Below the pieces are notes generated by a model, which saw nothing but the letters and a program-made list of their open reading frames with translations, did not search any database and was not told the DNA's origin. The translations under genes and the position numbers were made by a program. Positions 1 through 9,041 of a DNA stretch of 20,000 bases are shown here, in pieces (the first letter of the stretch is position 1; the number at the start of each line of letters is the position of its first letter). The stretch lies in the IMG/VR virus record IMGVR_UViG_3300042470_001026. One strand, written 5' to 3'. Origin of the DNA: an uncultured virus (IMG/VR IMGVR_UViG_3300042470_001026) (lineage: Duplodnaviria; Heunggongvirae; Uroviricota; Caudoviricetes).

Positions 1-335
1 TCACCATAACTTATGCATATTTCTTCATCTTTTTTTATTTCTCTTAATGTAACTATACCTATCCCAACATCACATGTAAACCACTTAGCATTATTGTTGT
101 CATCATGATTATATACAGAAATATATCCGAGTGCAATTACATAATTGTCACTATTTTGAGGGTATGAAAATGCTAGTTTTTTTATTTGATAAGGTGTGTT
201 TGCCCAATTTGTATGGTAGCAGCTACTTATGGGGGATAGCTCAAGCATAACATTTGACGGAATATCATTTTTAGCATAAACCCCAAGACCTTTTGCTCCG
301 TGAGCCAAATACATTTCTGGGCTAATAAAAAACAT
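1..335 (-). CDS. SET-domain protein (putative lysine methyltransferase), 3' end runs off the window
   Basis: Not in the ORF track. The ATG at 335-333 overlaps the upstream TAA (TAATG). Manual translation gives MFFISPEMYLAHGAKGLGVYAKNDIPSN...LGYISVYNHDDNNNAKW...TLREIKKDEEICISYG, which carries the SET motifs GxGVYA, NHxxxxNA and IKKxEEIxISYG. Confidence 0.85.
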   Translation of the reverse strand, partial: MFFISPEMYLAHGAKGLGVYAKNDIPSNVMLELSPISSCYHTNWANTPYQIKKLAFSYPQNSDNYVIALGYISVYNHDDNNNAKWFTCDVGIGIVTLREIKKDEEICISYG

Positions 336-3037
336 TAATGAAACAATTTATTCTGTTTGTCAATTAGTGAAAACCCATCAAACTGACTAGTAATTCTATT
401 ATTCAAAATGCCCATCTTATATGGCGAGTTCTTGAAAATATAGTTGAAAAACATATCACTAGCATCCCATTTTTCAGTTCTTAATTTTTCTTTTAACCAC
501 TTTTTTGTAAATTTTGGGAACATAATGCACTGAAGACCAATTATATGATTAGTTATAAATAGCAAGCTCTGATTCTCTATGTTTTGTATTTTGGGAGACT
601 GAAGCCATCCATGTTCCAAAGTTTTAGTATCTCCAAAACTGAAATATCCTATGTTGTTTTCATCACAAATCTTTGCTGATTCAAAAACTTTAGCACAAAA
701 CTCTTCAATAGGAACTTCAATTTTGCAATCCCCTTCACACACAATTATGAAGTCGCAGTCATCAAATTCGCTCAAAATTGCATTCTTAAAAGCCTCAAAA
801 CAGCCATAGTGAGCTGGCGTTAGTGCTGTAGTTAAACGCTGTACTTCTTCTTCAGTAAAGAGCCTATCTGAAACAGCTTGTGGTCTTTGGCAGTTATGTT
901 TAGGGGGTAAGTCTTTGTAAGGCTCGTTTACATGTAATACATACTCTATCCCAAAATTTGAAACTTGTTTCAGCTGATTTCTACTTTGCTCTTCTCTCTC
1001 ATCATTATAAGTAGTTTGTATGTGAACAAGTTTAATTTTAGGCTTTTTATTAAGCCATTTAAAAAATCCAGTATTATTGAACTTCTCTAAATTATTTGAA
1101 TTTATTTCGTATACTTCTTCCTTATACTTCACATCTCCATCAAAAAACTGAATTGTAACGACTATTGGCTTGTTATTGTATACAAATTCTTTTTTAAATT
1201 CTCTGTTTTTGCTGATTTGAAAGCTTCCGTTGAAGAATTCTGAATTATCTTCTGTCATTAAAATTCTTACTATTCTATCATCTATGTTATAAGTAAAGAA
1301 ATAAAACATGAATTGGTTTTCTTCCTTAGAGATAGGTAAAATAGAATAGTATTCAGAGTTTGAAGCAACACCAAGACCGCTATTTGTTAATATAGTTTCT
1401 TGCTCGTTATGTGCAAGATGGATGTTTTCTTTCCCTTGAATTTTTTTAACTAAATAATCTTCCAAGAAATTATGCGCTCCAGCTTTTTGACACGCTGCAT
1501 TATACTCGTTAGCGGTTTTTACATCGTCGAAAGTCTCTAGGAAAAACTGAACATCCATCGTCATACCGTTAGTCTGAATACCTTTTCCGAATGGCGTATT
1601 GTTTGTCCCTAAGTATGCAGTATTTAATTTTGAAACGTATTCAAATGACTCGTCTACTACGGGTATATCTTTAGGGTTAAGTAAAACATCATATGTGGTA
1701 TAAAAAAACCTTTTGAAGCCTAAATCTTTAGCAAATTTAGCGGCGGTAAATAAGTTTACTAAAACAGTTAGGGATTGATTGCTATGTTTCAATCCGTTTA
1801 TATTCATATCTACGTTAAAATCATTTGTATATCTGTAAAACTTAGTATAATATGAGTGATGGCAAAGCGGATTATATGCATCAAAAATGTAATAGTCAAC
1901 CATCCTTTGTATTTCTGTATCTACTGGGTAATGAGATATTAAAATAATCTTACGTCCAAGAGGTTTAAGGGTGGCAATTGTATCTTTAGTTAACTGAACT
2001 CTACTTTTTAAATTAGGATATGTTCCCAATACGATAACTTCTTCCGCAATAAGCTCTTTCTTGGGATTGGTAATCTCGACTATTTTTTGTGCATCTTTAT
2101 CTAAGTCTCCCGTCAAATAATTCATATTTGGCTCATTATTATAGCGATTTAAGTATACATCTAAGTTGTACATTAACTTAGGGAGTTCCTCGTATTCTAA
2201 GGATTCTTTGATTACGATTGGGTTTAATTCTTTGTTGCCCCTATCACCTCTTGATGGAAACAAAAAAAGGTCAGCCGCTTTCATAAAATCATCAATATCT
2301 GACCTCTCGCCCCATATTACTACGTTATTTAGATTTTCATTTTCTTGTTTCCATTCCATGAGTGGCTTCCAATAATTTTGGAAATTTTCAGCCTGATTGC
2401 CTATAAAATGAAATTTAAGTTTATATTGGAAAAGCTTATCACAAAGCTCGAATGCATATTTTTGGTTTTTTCTAGGAGTAAATAACCCGACGATTATAAT
2501 GTGCTTATATCCTTCCTGAAGACCTAACTTTCTCCTAATTTCTTCTTTGGTTTGAGTTTTTTTATCTACTGGATATTCAATTATTTCATACGGAGTAGGG
2601 AGGTGTGTATACTTTAAAGAGTTATAAGGACTTACAAAAACAAATTTATCAGGGTGATAGAGTTTATTTTTTGGATTAAAACTACTGTCGTGAGTTGTTT
2701 CAACTATTTTATATTTTCTTTCATCTCTATAGAGCCAATCTGACATTTCTTTATCCATAAACATTTCTGGGAATTCTTCCATAGAAATGACATCAGGACT
2801 AAATGCTTCAACTATATTCTTGAGCTCTTTAAATTTTTCTTCTCCAAGAGATTTAAACTTATCTTGCCCGAGCATTTCTATGATTCTATTTCTTTGTACA
2901 ACAAACTTCCAAGCAACAAGTGCATGCTCCACTAATAGTATGTCAAAGTGATTTAGTAAAAGTTTTACCTTATTGGCGGTAACTTGTGGGGCACCACCAG
3001 TGCTCAAATGAGGGGTAATAATTAGTAATTTTCTCAT
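335..3037 (-). CDS. Multi-domain glycosyltransferase, 900 aa (N-terminal GT4/GT-B, central putative GT-like domain, C-terminal GT25-like domain)
   Basis: The N-terminal part has HLSTGGAPQ, VGLFTPRKNQ and ADLFLFPS...ELNPIVIKE, typical of GT4. The C-terminal part has HYGCFEAF...IIVCEGDC, resembling the GT25 GCxxSH...ILEDD pattern. Confidence 0.8.
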   Translation of the reverse strand: MRKLLIITPHLSTGGAPQVTANKVKLLLNHFDILLVEHALVAWKFVVQRNRIIEMLGQDKFKSLGEEKFKELKNIVEAFSPDVISMEEFPEMFMDKEMSDWLYRDERKYKIVETTHDSSFNPKNKLYHPDKFVFVSPYNSLKYTHLPTPYEIIEYPVDKKTQTKEEIRRKLGLQEGYKHIIIVGLFTPRKNQKYAFELCDKLFQYKLKFHFIGNQAENFQNYWKPLMEWKQENENLNNVVIWGERSDIDDFMKAADLFLFPSRGDRGNKELNPIVIKESLEYEELPKLMYNLDVYLNRYNNEPNMNYLTGDLDKDAQKIVEITNPKKELIAEEVIVLGTYPNLKSRVQLTKDTIATLKPLGRKIILISHYPVDTEIQRMVDYYIFDAYNPLCHHSYYTKFYRYTNDFNVDMNINGLKHSNQSLTVLVNLFTAAKFAKDLGFKRFFYTTYDVLLNPKDIPVVDESFEYVSKLNTAYLGTNNTPFGKGIQTNGMTMDVQFFLETFDDVKTANEYNAACQKAGAHNFLEDYLVKKIQGKENIHLAHNEQETILTNSGLGVASNSEYYSILPISKEENQFMFYFFTYNIDDRIVRILMTEDNSEFFNGSFQISKNREFKKEFVYNNKPIVVTIQFFDGDVKYKEEVYEINSNNLEKFNNTGFFKWLNKKPKIKLVHIQTTYNDEREEQSRNQLKQVSNFGIEYVLHVNEPYKDLPPKHNCQRPQAVSDRLFTEEEVQRLTTALTPAHYGCFEAFKNAILSEFDDCDFIIVCEGDCKIEVPIEEFCAKVFESAKICDENNIGYFSFGDTKTLEHGWLQSPKIQNIENQSLLFITNHIIGLQCIMFPKFTKKWLKEKLRTEKWDASDMFFNYIFKNSPYKMGILNNRITSQFDGFSLIDKQNKLFH

Positions 3038-3972
3038 ATTAATGATTTAATACTCTCAAAAACTTGTTGAACGGAAGGGTGGCATTCGTATGTGGGCTTT
3101 TTTTCTAAACACTTAATTAGTGGTGCTATGCCTTGAATGTTACCCCATTCCTTTATACCATATTTGGCATTCGATGCACACTCCAATCCGCACCCTCCCC
3201 TTACATATTTATATTTGTAGTCTTGCCTTCCTTTTCTGTATGGCATTCTGAATTCTGGTTTTATAGATGAGCCTAAGTGAACTATTGGGGTATCTGTAGT
3301 TCCCGCTAAATGAAGCAGTCCGCTATCCATAGTTATAAAACATCTAGCTCTGCTAATTATATTCCAGCAATCGCTAACATTTGTTTTATTCATAAGATTT
3401 ATCCCTCTCTCAATTTCAAAGTTGAATACGGGCTTTTGAACGTTAAAAAAACCAGTTTCACTAGAATCTTTACCTATAGATACAACACTTAACCCTATTT
3501 CGTTAAGCATCTTTGTTAGATTCATCCAGTTAACTGAATCCCAAGTTCTTACAGCCCAAGTGGTAACTGGGTGTATGCAAATGTATTCTTTAGGTAGTTC
3601 GATTTCAAAAGGATGAGACGGCTGATAAAAGCATTCCATTTCATCTTTAGCCAGCATGAAACCAAGATGTATTGCATGAAATTGTCTTATATCTATCATG
3701 TTATGCTTGTACTCAATACCATATTGATTTTTTTTACCAACATTGTAGAAAGAATTATGCATGATATAATTATCATTGAAGTAATCCATATCTACAGATG
3801 TAATCTTGAATGACTCTTCAACGTGAGGGTTTTTTTTAAAAACATCTGGCATCCTAGAAAGTATTGTCACACGTCTTTCATAGTAATCGTTCAGTTTTTT
3901 TATAGTTGGAGTAGCGCACAATAAATCTCCAAGACCATTACAGTCGCCAAGATTCAAGCAAATAGGTTTCAT
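3034..3972 (-). CDS. Glycosyltransferase family 9 (ADP-heptose:heptosyltransferase-like)
   Basis: Motifs GLGDLLCATPTIKKL, ICIHP...RTW, ITMDSGLLHLAG, PIVHLG and a C-terminal Cys cluster. Confidence 0.9.
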   Translation of the reverse strand: MKPICLNLGDCNGLGDLLCATPTIKKLNDYYERRVTILSRMPDVFKKNPHVEESFKITSVDMDYFNDNYIMHNSFYNVGKKNQYGIEYKHNMIDIRQFHAIHLGFMLAKDEMECFYQPSHPFEIELPKEYICIHPVTTWAVRTWDSVNWMNLTKMLNEIGLSVVSIGKDSSETGFFNVQKPVFNFEIERGINLMNKTNVSDCWNIISRARCFITMDSGLLHLAGTTDTPIVHLGSSIKPEFRMPYRKGRQDYKYKYVRGGCGLECASNAKYGIKEWGNIQGIAPLIKCLEKKPTYECHPSVQQVFESIKSLI

Positions 3973-4790
3973 TTGTTGTAGCCAAATGTTTTAAAGTACC
4001 AATTATATCTATCATAAATCCAATCACATACTCTTTCTCCAAGTATAAATTTTGCATCAGATTGTTTCATCTCTAATCTGGGTCTTATAGTATGGTCTCC
4101 AAAAACTCCGTGTAAGTTATCATCCTCTTTTGTGATTTGCAATATGTTGTCAAAATTATGATTGTAATGAGGTATCTCTAAATAATTGTAAATCTTTTTT
4201 ATCTCTAATTCAGGTCGAAGGCAAAAATCTTCATATTTAATGAACAGAAACTTTTCAAATGAGTGATTTTCAAAAATGACTTGAAATCTTTCTAAAGCAA
4301 GACCTAAAGGTGGAGTAGAAGAAAAATAATCTACTCTTTTTGCTACAGTTGTATTTGCCCCAGTAGCCCAGTTTACGAGCGGTTCTTTATTTATATCTCT
4401 ACGAAACAGCTTTTCCATGCTGCAAAAAATATCTCTTAAATCACGAACCATACAAATCATTTTTGGCTCATATGGCAAAAACGACTTTACCCAATTGTAA
4501 TAAATACCCCATCCCCTTCCTTTGTCTAAAAAATACTTTTTATCAGTTATGCTATTTGCAAATGCATGAATACCAGCGTTGCAATAAGCAGAAAAAGCTT
4601 TACTCATGACTTCGGGCTCAAGATTGGCATTAAATTCTACAGAGTCAGTAAAAGCTTTTTTTGAAGCATAGATTAGTTCTATTAATCCGCTAGTTGGAGT
4701 TACATAAAAATCTGGGTTTTGCCCCATTAGGTTTTGCAAGACTGTAGACCCACTTCTAGGCATACTAGTGTGGAAAAAAAGTTTAGCCAT
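3969..4790 (-). CDS. PAPS-dependent sulfotransferase
   Basis: 5'-PSB loop SMPRSGST, 3'-PB motif VRDLRDIFCS, and IKYEDF. Confidence 0.9.
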   Translation of the reverse strand: MAKLFFHTSMPRSGSTVLQNLMGQNPDFYVTPTSGLIELIYASKKAFTDSVEFNANLEPEVMSKAFSAYCNAGIHAFANSITDKKYFLDKGRGWGIYYNWVKSFLPYEPKMICMVRDLRDIFCSMEKLFRRDINKEPLVNWATGANTTVAKRVDYFSSTPPLGLALERFQVIFENHSFEKFLFIKYEDFCLRPELEIKKIYNYLEIPHYNHNFDNILQITKEDDNLHGVFGDHTIRPRLEMKQSDAKFILGERVCDWIYDRYNWYFKTFGYNK

Positions 4791-4847
4791 GAGTTAAAAT
4801 TAGTGTATTTTCAATATACTTTGTATATTTACAATAAAGAATTTTAC
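4791..4847. promoter_or_regulatory. Divergent intergenic region, likely promoters
   Basis: Short AT-rich gap between divergent starts at 4790 (-) and 4848 (+). No promoter consensus identified with confidence. Confidence 0.45.
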
Positions 4848-5252
4848 ATGGAAAACATACAAATTCCAATAAGTATGGGAGAGGCCATAGACCGACTAAC
4901 AATTCTGAAGATTAAGTTAATGTATATCAAAAATGATGAAAAGCTAAATAACATAAGCAAAGACCACGATTTGCTTGAGAAAGCCATATACAAATACTAT
5001 CCTGAAGCTCCCATTTTCCCCCTAAAAGTGGATTCTCACATTTTTGGTGAACTGTTCAAGGTTAACAAAGAGCTTTGGGACGTTGAGGATAAATTGAGAG
5101 TTTTAGAGAGGGGTAAAAATTTTGGTTCGGAGTTTATTGAACTGGCTCGTAGCGTTTACTATTTAAACGATAATAGAGCTAATGTAAAAAAAAGAATTAA
5201 TATTGAATACAAGTCAGAGCTGATTGAGGAAAAGTCCTACGAGGCTTATTGA
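4848..5252 (+). CDS. DUF6165-like protein, 134 aa
   Basis: IPISMGEAIDRLTILKIK...NKELWDVEDKLR...FIELARSVYYLNDNRA...EEKSY. Start moved to the ATG at 4848 because the longer ORF overlaps the divergent gene. Confidence 0.75.
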   Translation: MENIQIPISMGEAIDRLTILKIKLMYIKNDEKLNNISKDHDLLEKAIYKYYPEAPIFPLKVDSHIFGELFKVNKELWDVEDKLRVLERGKNFGSEFIELARSVYYLNDNRANVKKRINIEYKSELIEEKSYEAY

Positions 5253-5268
5253 TTAAGATTACTAAATC

Positions 5269-5745
5269 ATGATTATAGTATTATTTGGTCAGCCAGCTTC
5301 TGGGAAAACTACTCTTGCTGAAAAAGTTCAACGAGAGCTTTTCATTAAGGAAAATGCTTCTTATCCAATAATTGACGGAGATGAATTAAGAGAAATTTTT
5401 AAAAATAAGGACTACAGCAGAGAAGGGCGGATAAAAAATCTGAATAGAATATCTGATATAGCAACCTTTCTTGCTCATAAGTACAAAGTCGTAATAGTTA
5501 GTGCAGTTTATCCATACAACGAAGCAAGAATGTATCTTGAAAGTGTTTACGAAAATGTTGCTTGGGTGTTTTTAAACTATTATGGAGAAAGAGGAAGGGA
5601 AGACTTCCATGTAAAAGATTTTGAACTTCCACTGCCAAAAAATAATTTATTACCAATAAACACAAGTAAAGATGACATTGAATTCGCAACCCAGAAAATA
5701 TGCTCTTTTTATTGGAAGATATCAGACCTTACACGAAGGTCATAA
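5269..5745 (+). CDS. cysC: Adenylylsulfate (APS) kinase-like, short form
   Basis: P-loop GQPASGKTT, IDGDELR, DYSREGRIKN and VIVSAVYPY. It lacks the usual RDPKGLY lid segment. Confidence 0.8.
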   Translation: MIIVLFGQPASGKTTLAEKVQRELFIKENASYPIIDGDELREIFKNKDYSREGRIKNLNRISDIATFLAHKYKVVIVSAVYPYNEARMYLESVYENVAWVFLNYYGERGREDFHVKDFELPLPKNNLLPINTSKDDIEFATQKICSFYWKISDLTRRS

Positions 5746-6049
5746 GTATCTATTCAGAAAAAAAATTGAGGAGGGAATTCCAGTTTTAGTTGCAATCAGG
5801 GAAATGCCGATTGACGATAAAAACCCATTTACTCCTACTGAAGTGATGGACTTATTTATAGCTGACGATGAGTGCCAAAAATGGTTTTCAGAAGCTATGA
5901 TGGCTATGATGGTTATACCAAACATTGAGGGAGTTTACTATGGTCGTGACGTGGGATATAATGTAGAGCAGATTGAAGTACCAATAGATATTGCAGCTAT
6001 TTCAGCAACAAAAATTAGGGAGCAATTAAAAATTGAGGGAAAGCTATGA
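5672..6049 (+). CDS. Small HxGH nucleotidyltransferase (cytidylyltransferase-like fold)
   Basis: FIGRYQTLHEGH at the N-terminus and ISATKIR at the C-terminus. Confidence 0.85.
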   Translation: MTLNSQPRKYALFIGRYQTLHEGHKYLFRKKIEEGIPVLVAIREMPIDDKNPFTPTEVMDLFIADDECQKWFSEAMMAMMVIPNIEGVYYGRDVGYNVEQIEVPIDIAAISATKIREQLKIEGKL

Positions 6050-6261
6050 TAGTCCAAAAGAAAAGACACCTTGCTAAAACCGTAAGCTATAGAATAGTAA
6101 GCACTGGAATAGGCTTCTTGATTATGTATGCGTTTTCAGGAAGCATTAAGATTGGTGCTGCTTTTGGTATTGCGGAGCTTGTGTACAAACCTTTGCAGTA
6201 TTACATACACGAAAGGATTTGGTATCGCTGGGTTAAGTATGGGCTCAAAGATGAAAAGTAA
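6046..6261 (+). CDS. DUF2061-like small membrane protein
   Basis: KRHLAKTVSYRIVST...YYIHERIW with two hydrophobic segments. ATGA overlap with the previous gene. Confidence 0.8.
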   Translation: MIVQKKRHLAKTVSYRIVSTGIGFLIMYAFSGSIKIGAAFGIAELVYKPLQYYIHERIWYRWVKYGLKDEK

Positions 6262-7069
6262 ATACTTTCATGTGAGCTAAATATTCTTCAAGACCCTCTT
6301 CTATCTGATATCGTGGCTGCCATCCATCCATGAAATTTTCCTCTTTTGCTTCTGTAAAGAATTGATAATTTTCTGGGATTTCACTTTCTTCGGTGTATTC
6401 AAAAGGTATTTTTAGACAGTTCATTACGTCTTCAAAACTTCTGGCCTTTCCACTACCAACATGGTAATACTTGCCTGATAAACTTTTGTAATTATTCCAA
6501 GCATGAATATTTGCTTCTACTACATCAGTTATATAAACAAAATCTCGTTGCGGGTTTTTAGGAAACAAACTTATTTTTTCGCCCCATTTATACTTTTGAT
6601 ATGCTTGTAGTGCTACCGAGGACATTTTACCTTTATGAAGCTCATAATGTCCATAAACATTAAAATATCTTAATGCTAGCCCACCATTAGCCAAAACATA
6701 TTTTTCTCCTATATATTTACTCCAAGCATATAGCGTTTCAGGCATTCCTTCATTACCCTCAACTGAGGCAGATGAACTAAATATCAAAGGAACATTATTC
6801 AGCTTACACCAATCTGAAATAATAAATGTAGATTCAACGTTAAGTTTCATCATTTCTGCTACGTCTTTATTTTGAGTATCAGAACAAGCACCTATGTGAA
6901 AAATTATGTCAGGATTAATTTTAGAGATATATTCCCTTAAATTAAACCTCCAATTACCTTTTTGAAATATCCAAGTGTCAATTCCTAAAACAATGAAACC
7001 TTGTTTTTGTAATTCCAATTGGAGTGCTTTACCAATAAAGCCTCTATTTCCAGTTACACAAATCTTCAT
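6245..7069 (-). CDS. hldD: ADP-L-glycero-D-manno-heptose-6-epimerase-like extended SDR
   Basis: VTGNRGFIG, IFHIGACSDT, YAWSK (YxxxK), LRYFNVYG...HKGKMSSVA, RDFVY and YQFFTEA. Start set at the ATG at 7069 (MKICVTG). Confidence 0.85.
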   Translation of the reverse strand: MKICVTGNRGFIGKALQLELQKQGFIVLGIDTWIFQKGNWRFNLREYISKINPDIIFHIGACSDTQNKDVAEMMKLNVESTFIISDWCKLNNVPLIFSSSASVEGNEGMPETLYAWSKYIGEKYVLANGGLALRYFNVYGHYELHKGKMSSVALQAYQKYKWGEKISLFPKNPQRDFVYITDVVEANIHAWNNYKSLSGKYYHVGSGKARSFEDVMNCLKIPFEYTEESEIPENYQFFTEAKEENFMDGWQPRYQIEEGLEEYLAHMKVFTFHL

Positions 7070-7070
7070 A

Positions 7071-7379
7071 TTACGATATTCTGAATTGTAAAGGTATGCC
7101 ATCTTCATCCATCATTTTATTACAAGCTAAAATATTCTCTTTATAAAATTCTTTTTTATCATAACCTAAAAATTCTGTTAGTTTTTCAATATTACAGATT
7201 AGCGGTCTATTTTCATAAACTGTGCATTCGTTTTGACTGTTAAGCTTATTGCATGCTCCTTTGGAATCCCAATGGTACGGAAAGTATAAAGGGGAATTTA
7301 TATCTTTTAATTTTAAAACTTCTACAACAGATTTAATTCTCTTGCAACAACACCCACACCCAGAACATGAGAATTTCAT
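7071..7379 (-). CDS. YkgJ-family cysteine-cluster protein (Fe-S/Zn)
   Basis: CSGCGCCC...C...CTVYENRPLIC. Confidence 0.85.
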   Translation of the reverse strand: MKFSCSGCGCCCKRIKSVVEVLKLKDINSPLYFPYHWDSKGACNKLNSQNECTVYENRPLICNIEKLTEFLGYDKKEFYKENILACNKMMDEDGIPLQFRIS

Positions 7380-8149
7380 ATTGTACTAACACCTTTTTTT
7401 GTAACTACTTCCGCAGCTACCGAATTAGCATATTTAATAGCCTCTGGAATATTTTTATTTATCATGTAATGATAAGCTAGGGCAGCTGTAAAAGTATCTC
7501 CAGCACCGCTAACATCATAGGTTATTTTTGGGTTTTCTTGTTTAAAAAATATATCTAAATATTTTGCACCCTTCTCGCCTAATGTTACAACTACTTTATC
7601 ATAAAAAAGAAGCTTTTGTTCATTTGAAAAATTTTGCAAATATTCAGTTTCATTAAGTTTTAAAAAATCAACCCACTGAAGCAAATCTCTGCTAATCTTT
7701 TTTTTCGTATCTAAAAATATTAGTGTGTGCCCCATAACTAAAGACCTAATTCTTTTAATATCTTGTTCATGTATAAAGCCTTTATCATAGTCAGATATGA
7801 TTATACAATCAGCTTTTGCTATGGCTTTTAAATTAGGGTCAGAAAAATCTATCCTTTTAAAAGAGTCATTTTCGTCAACTCTTAAAAAGTAGTGATTGGT
7901 TTTTATATCAACGAATCTTGTTTTCTGGCAGTTAGAATCTGGCAGAATTGAGTAAACGGAGTGATTTTGATGTTTTGATTTAACAATCGCTAGTAAATTA
8001 TTTAAAACATTCCCACCCATCCCTTCATTGGTAACCGTAGAGATAGGCATAAAAACTGGCACTGGGGCTTCTGGAGACATTCTAGTAACCTTTCCGTACA
8101 CGAATTTGTCTGTGCACGTCTCACCAATAACCAAAAAATTGTATTGCAT
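7376..8149 (-). CDS. rfaE1: Heptose-7-phosphate kinase (stand-alone RfaE/HldE domain I, PfkB family)
   Basis: RMSPEAPVPV, IISDYDKG, VVTLGEKGA and DVSGAGDTF. Confidence 0.88.
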   Translation of the reverse strand: MQYNFLVIGETCTDKFVYGKVTRMSPEAPVPVFMPISTVTNEGMGGNVLNNLLAIVKSKHQNHSVYSILPDSNCQKTRFVDIKTNHYFLRVDENDSFKRIDFSDPNLKAIAKADCIIISDYDKGFIHEQDIKRIRSLVMGHTLIFLDTKKKISRDLLQWVDFLKLNETEYLQNFSNEQKLLFYDKVVVTLGEKGAKYLDIFFKQENPKITYDVSGAGDTFTAALAYHYMINKNIPEAIKYANSVAAEVVTKKGVSTI

Positions 8150-8150
8150 A

Positions 8151-8516
8151 TTAATTTCCTTTGCGGATTCTATAAGAATCAGAATTAAAGTGTTCTGTGC
8201 TTATTTCAAATATTTCCCCTTCTGTAATTGCATGTAGTTGGTGAGGCATACCCCTAGTAATGGTCACCACATCACCTTGCTTTAATTTTCTGCTTTTCTC
8301 TAACCCCTTTTCTGTATCTATCCAATGAAATAAAAATTCCCCTTTGTTGACATACCAAGTCTCTTGTTTTTGGATGTGATAGTGCATGGAAAATTTGCAA
8401 TCTTTTTTAAAAACTAAAATCTTGCCACAGTACTCATTTGAATTGTGTATTACTAATTCATGACCCCATCCTTTTGGTATTTTACAACATTTTGTAACTT
8501 TTGGCTGGTTAGGCAT
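8151..8516 (-). CDS. Cupin-domain protein (sugar-phosphate isomerase-like)
   Basis: KGWGHE, SMHYHxxKxETWYV and PHQL...EIST, the cupin metal-binding pattern. Confidence 0.8.
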   Translation of the reverse strand: MPNQPKVTKCCKIPKGWGHELVIHNSNEYCGKILVFKKDCKFSMHYHIQKQETWYVNKGEFLFHWIDTEKGLEKSRKLKQGDVVTITRGMPHQLHAITEGEIFEISTEHFNSDSYRIRKGN

Positions 8517-8907
8517 TCTTCATGGTTTTAATAATGTTAGTGGTAGAGAAATCTCCTATTCTTGGTATGAAAGTAATTTTTTCGCAGAACTCTTTGCCAA
8601 TAATTCTTTTTTCTCGGTATTCTTCCCCTATTACCATGTGAGAAGGTTTTAGAGATTCAATATATTTCTCAAGCTGATAATCAGTATCAAAAACGTATAC
8701 TTTATCAACCCAGACTAAAGATTCTAGCAAATATCTACGGAAATATTGGTCATTGATTGGCCTATCTTCTCCTTTCAACTGTTTTACTCTTATGTCAGAG
8801 TCAATACCAACACAAAGTCTGTCTCCAAGTGAAGAAGCAAATTTTAGTAGTTCTAAATGCCCAAAATGTAGAACATCAAAGCATCCATTTACCCATACAG
8901 TTCTCAT
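8509..8907 (-). CDS. rfaE2: Heptose-1-phosphate adenylyltransferase (stand-alone RfaE/HldE domain II)
   Basis: [28 protein letters not shown] and a C-terminal STT. Start set at the ATG at 8907 (MRTVWVNG). Confidence 0.85.
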   Translation of the reverse strand: MRTVWVNGCFDVLHFGHLELLKFASSLGDRLCVGIDSDIRVKQLKGEDRPINDQYFRRYLLESLVWVDKVYVFDTDYQLEKYIESLKPSHMVIGEEYREKRIIGKEFCEKITFIPRIGDFSTTNIIKTMKNA

Positions 8908-9041
8908 AAACCAAAAATAACTAAATATTTTAGATATTTCCACATATACAGTATGTATTTTTCTATTGAAATTTAGTTTTTTATACAAATCCGTAAACTT
9001 ATTCAAAATTTACATACTTTTATATTCAAATTTAACCTCAA
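8908..9041. promoter_or_regulatory. Divergent AT-rich intergenic region, likely promoters for the heptose operon and the putative structural operon
   Basis: Longest non-coding gap in the window, very AT-rich, between divergent gene starts. Confidence 0.5.

Noticed and set aside
335..8907. Ordinary bacterial LPS core or capsule locus
   Set aside because: No transport, polymerase, lipid A/Kdo or housekeeping genes are present. The enzymes are compact and lie next to recT and many small unknown ORFs. A prophage or island cannot be excluded from this window alone.
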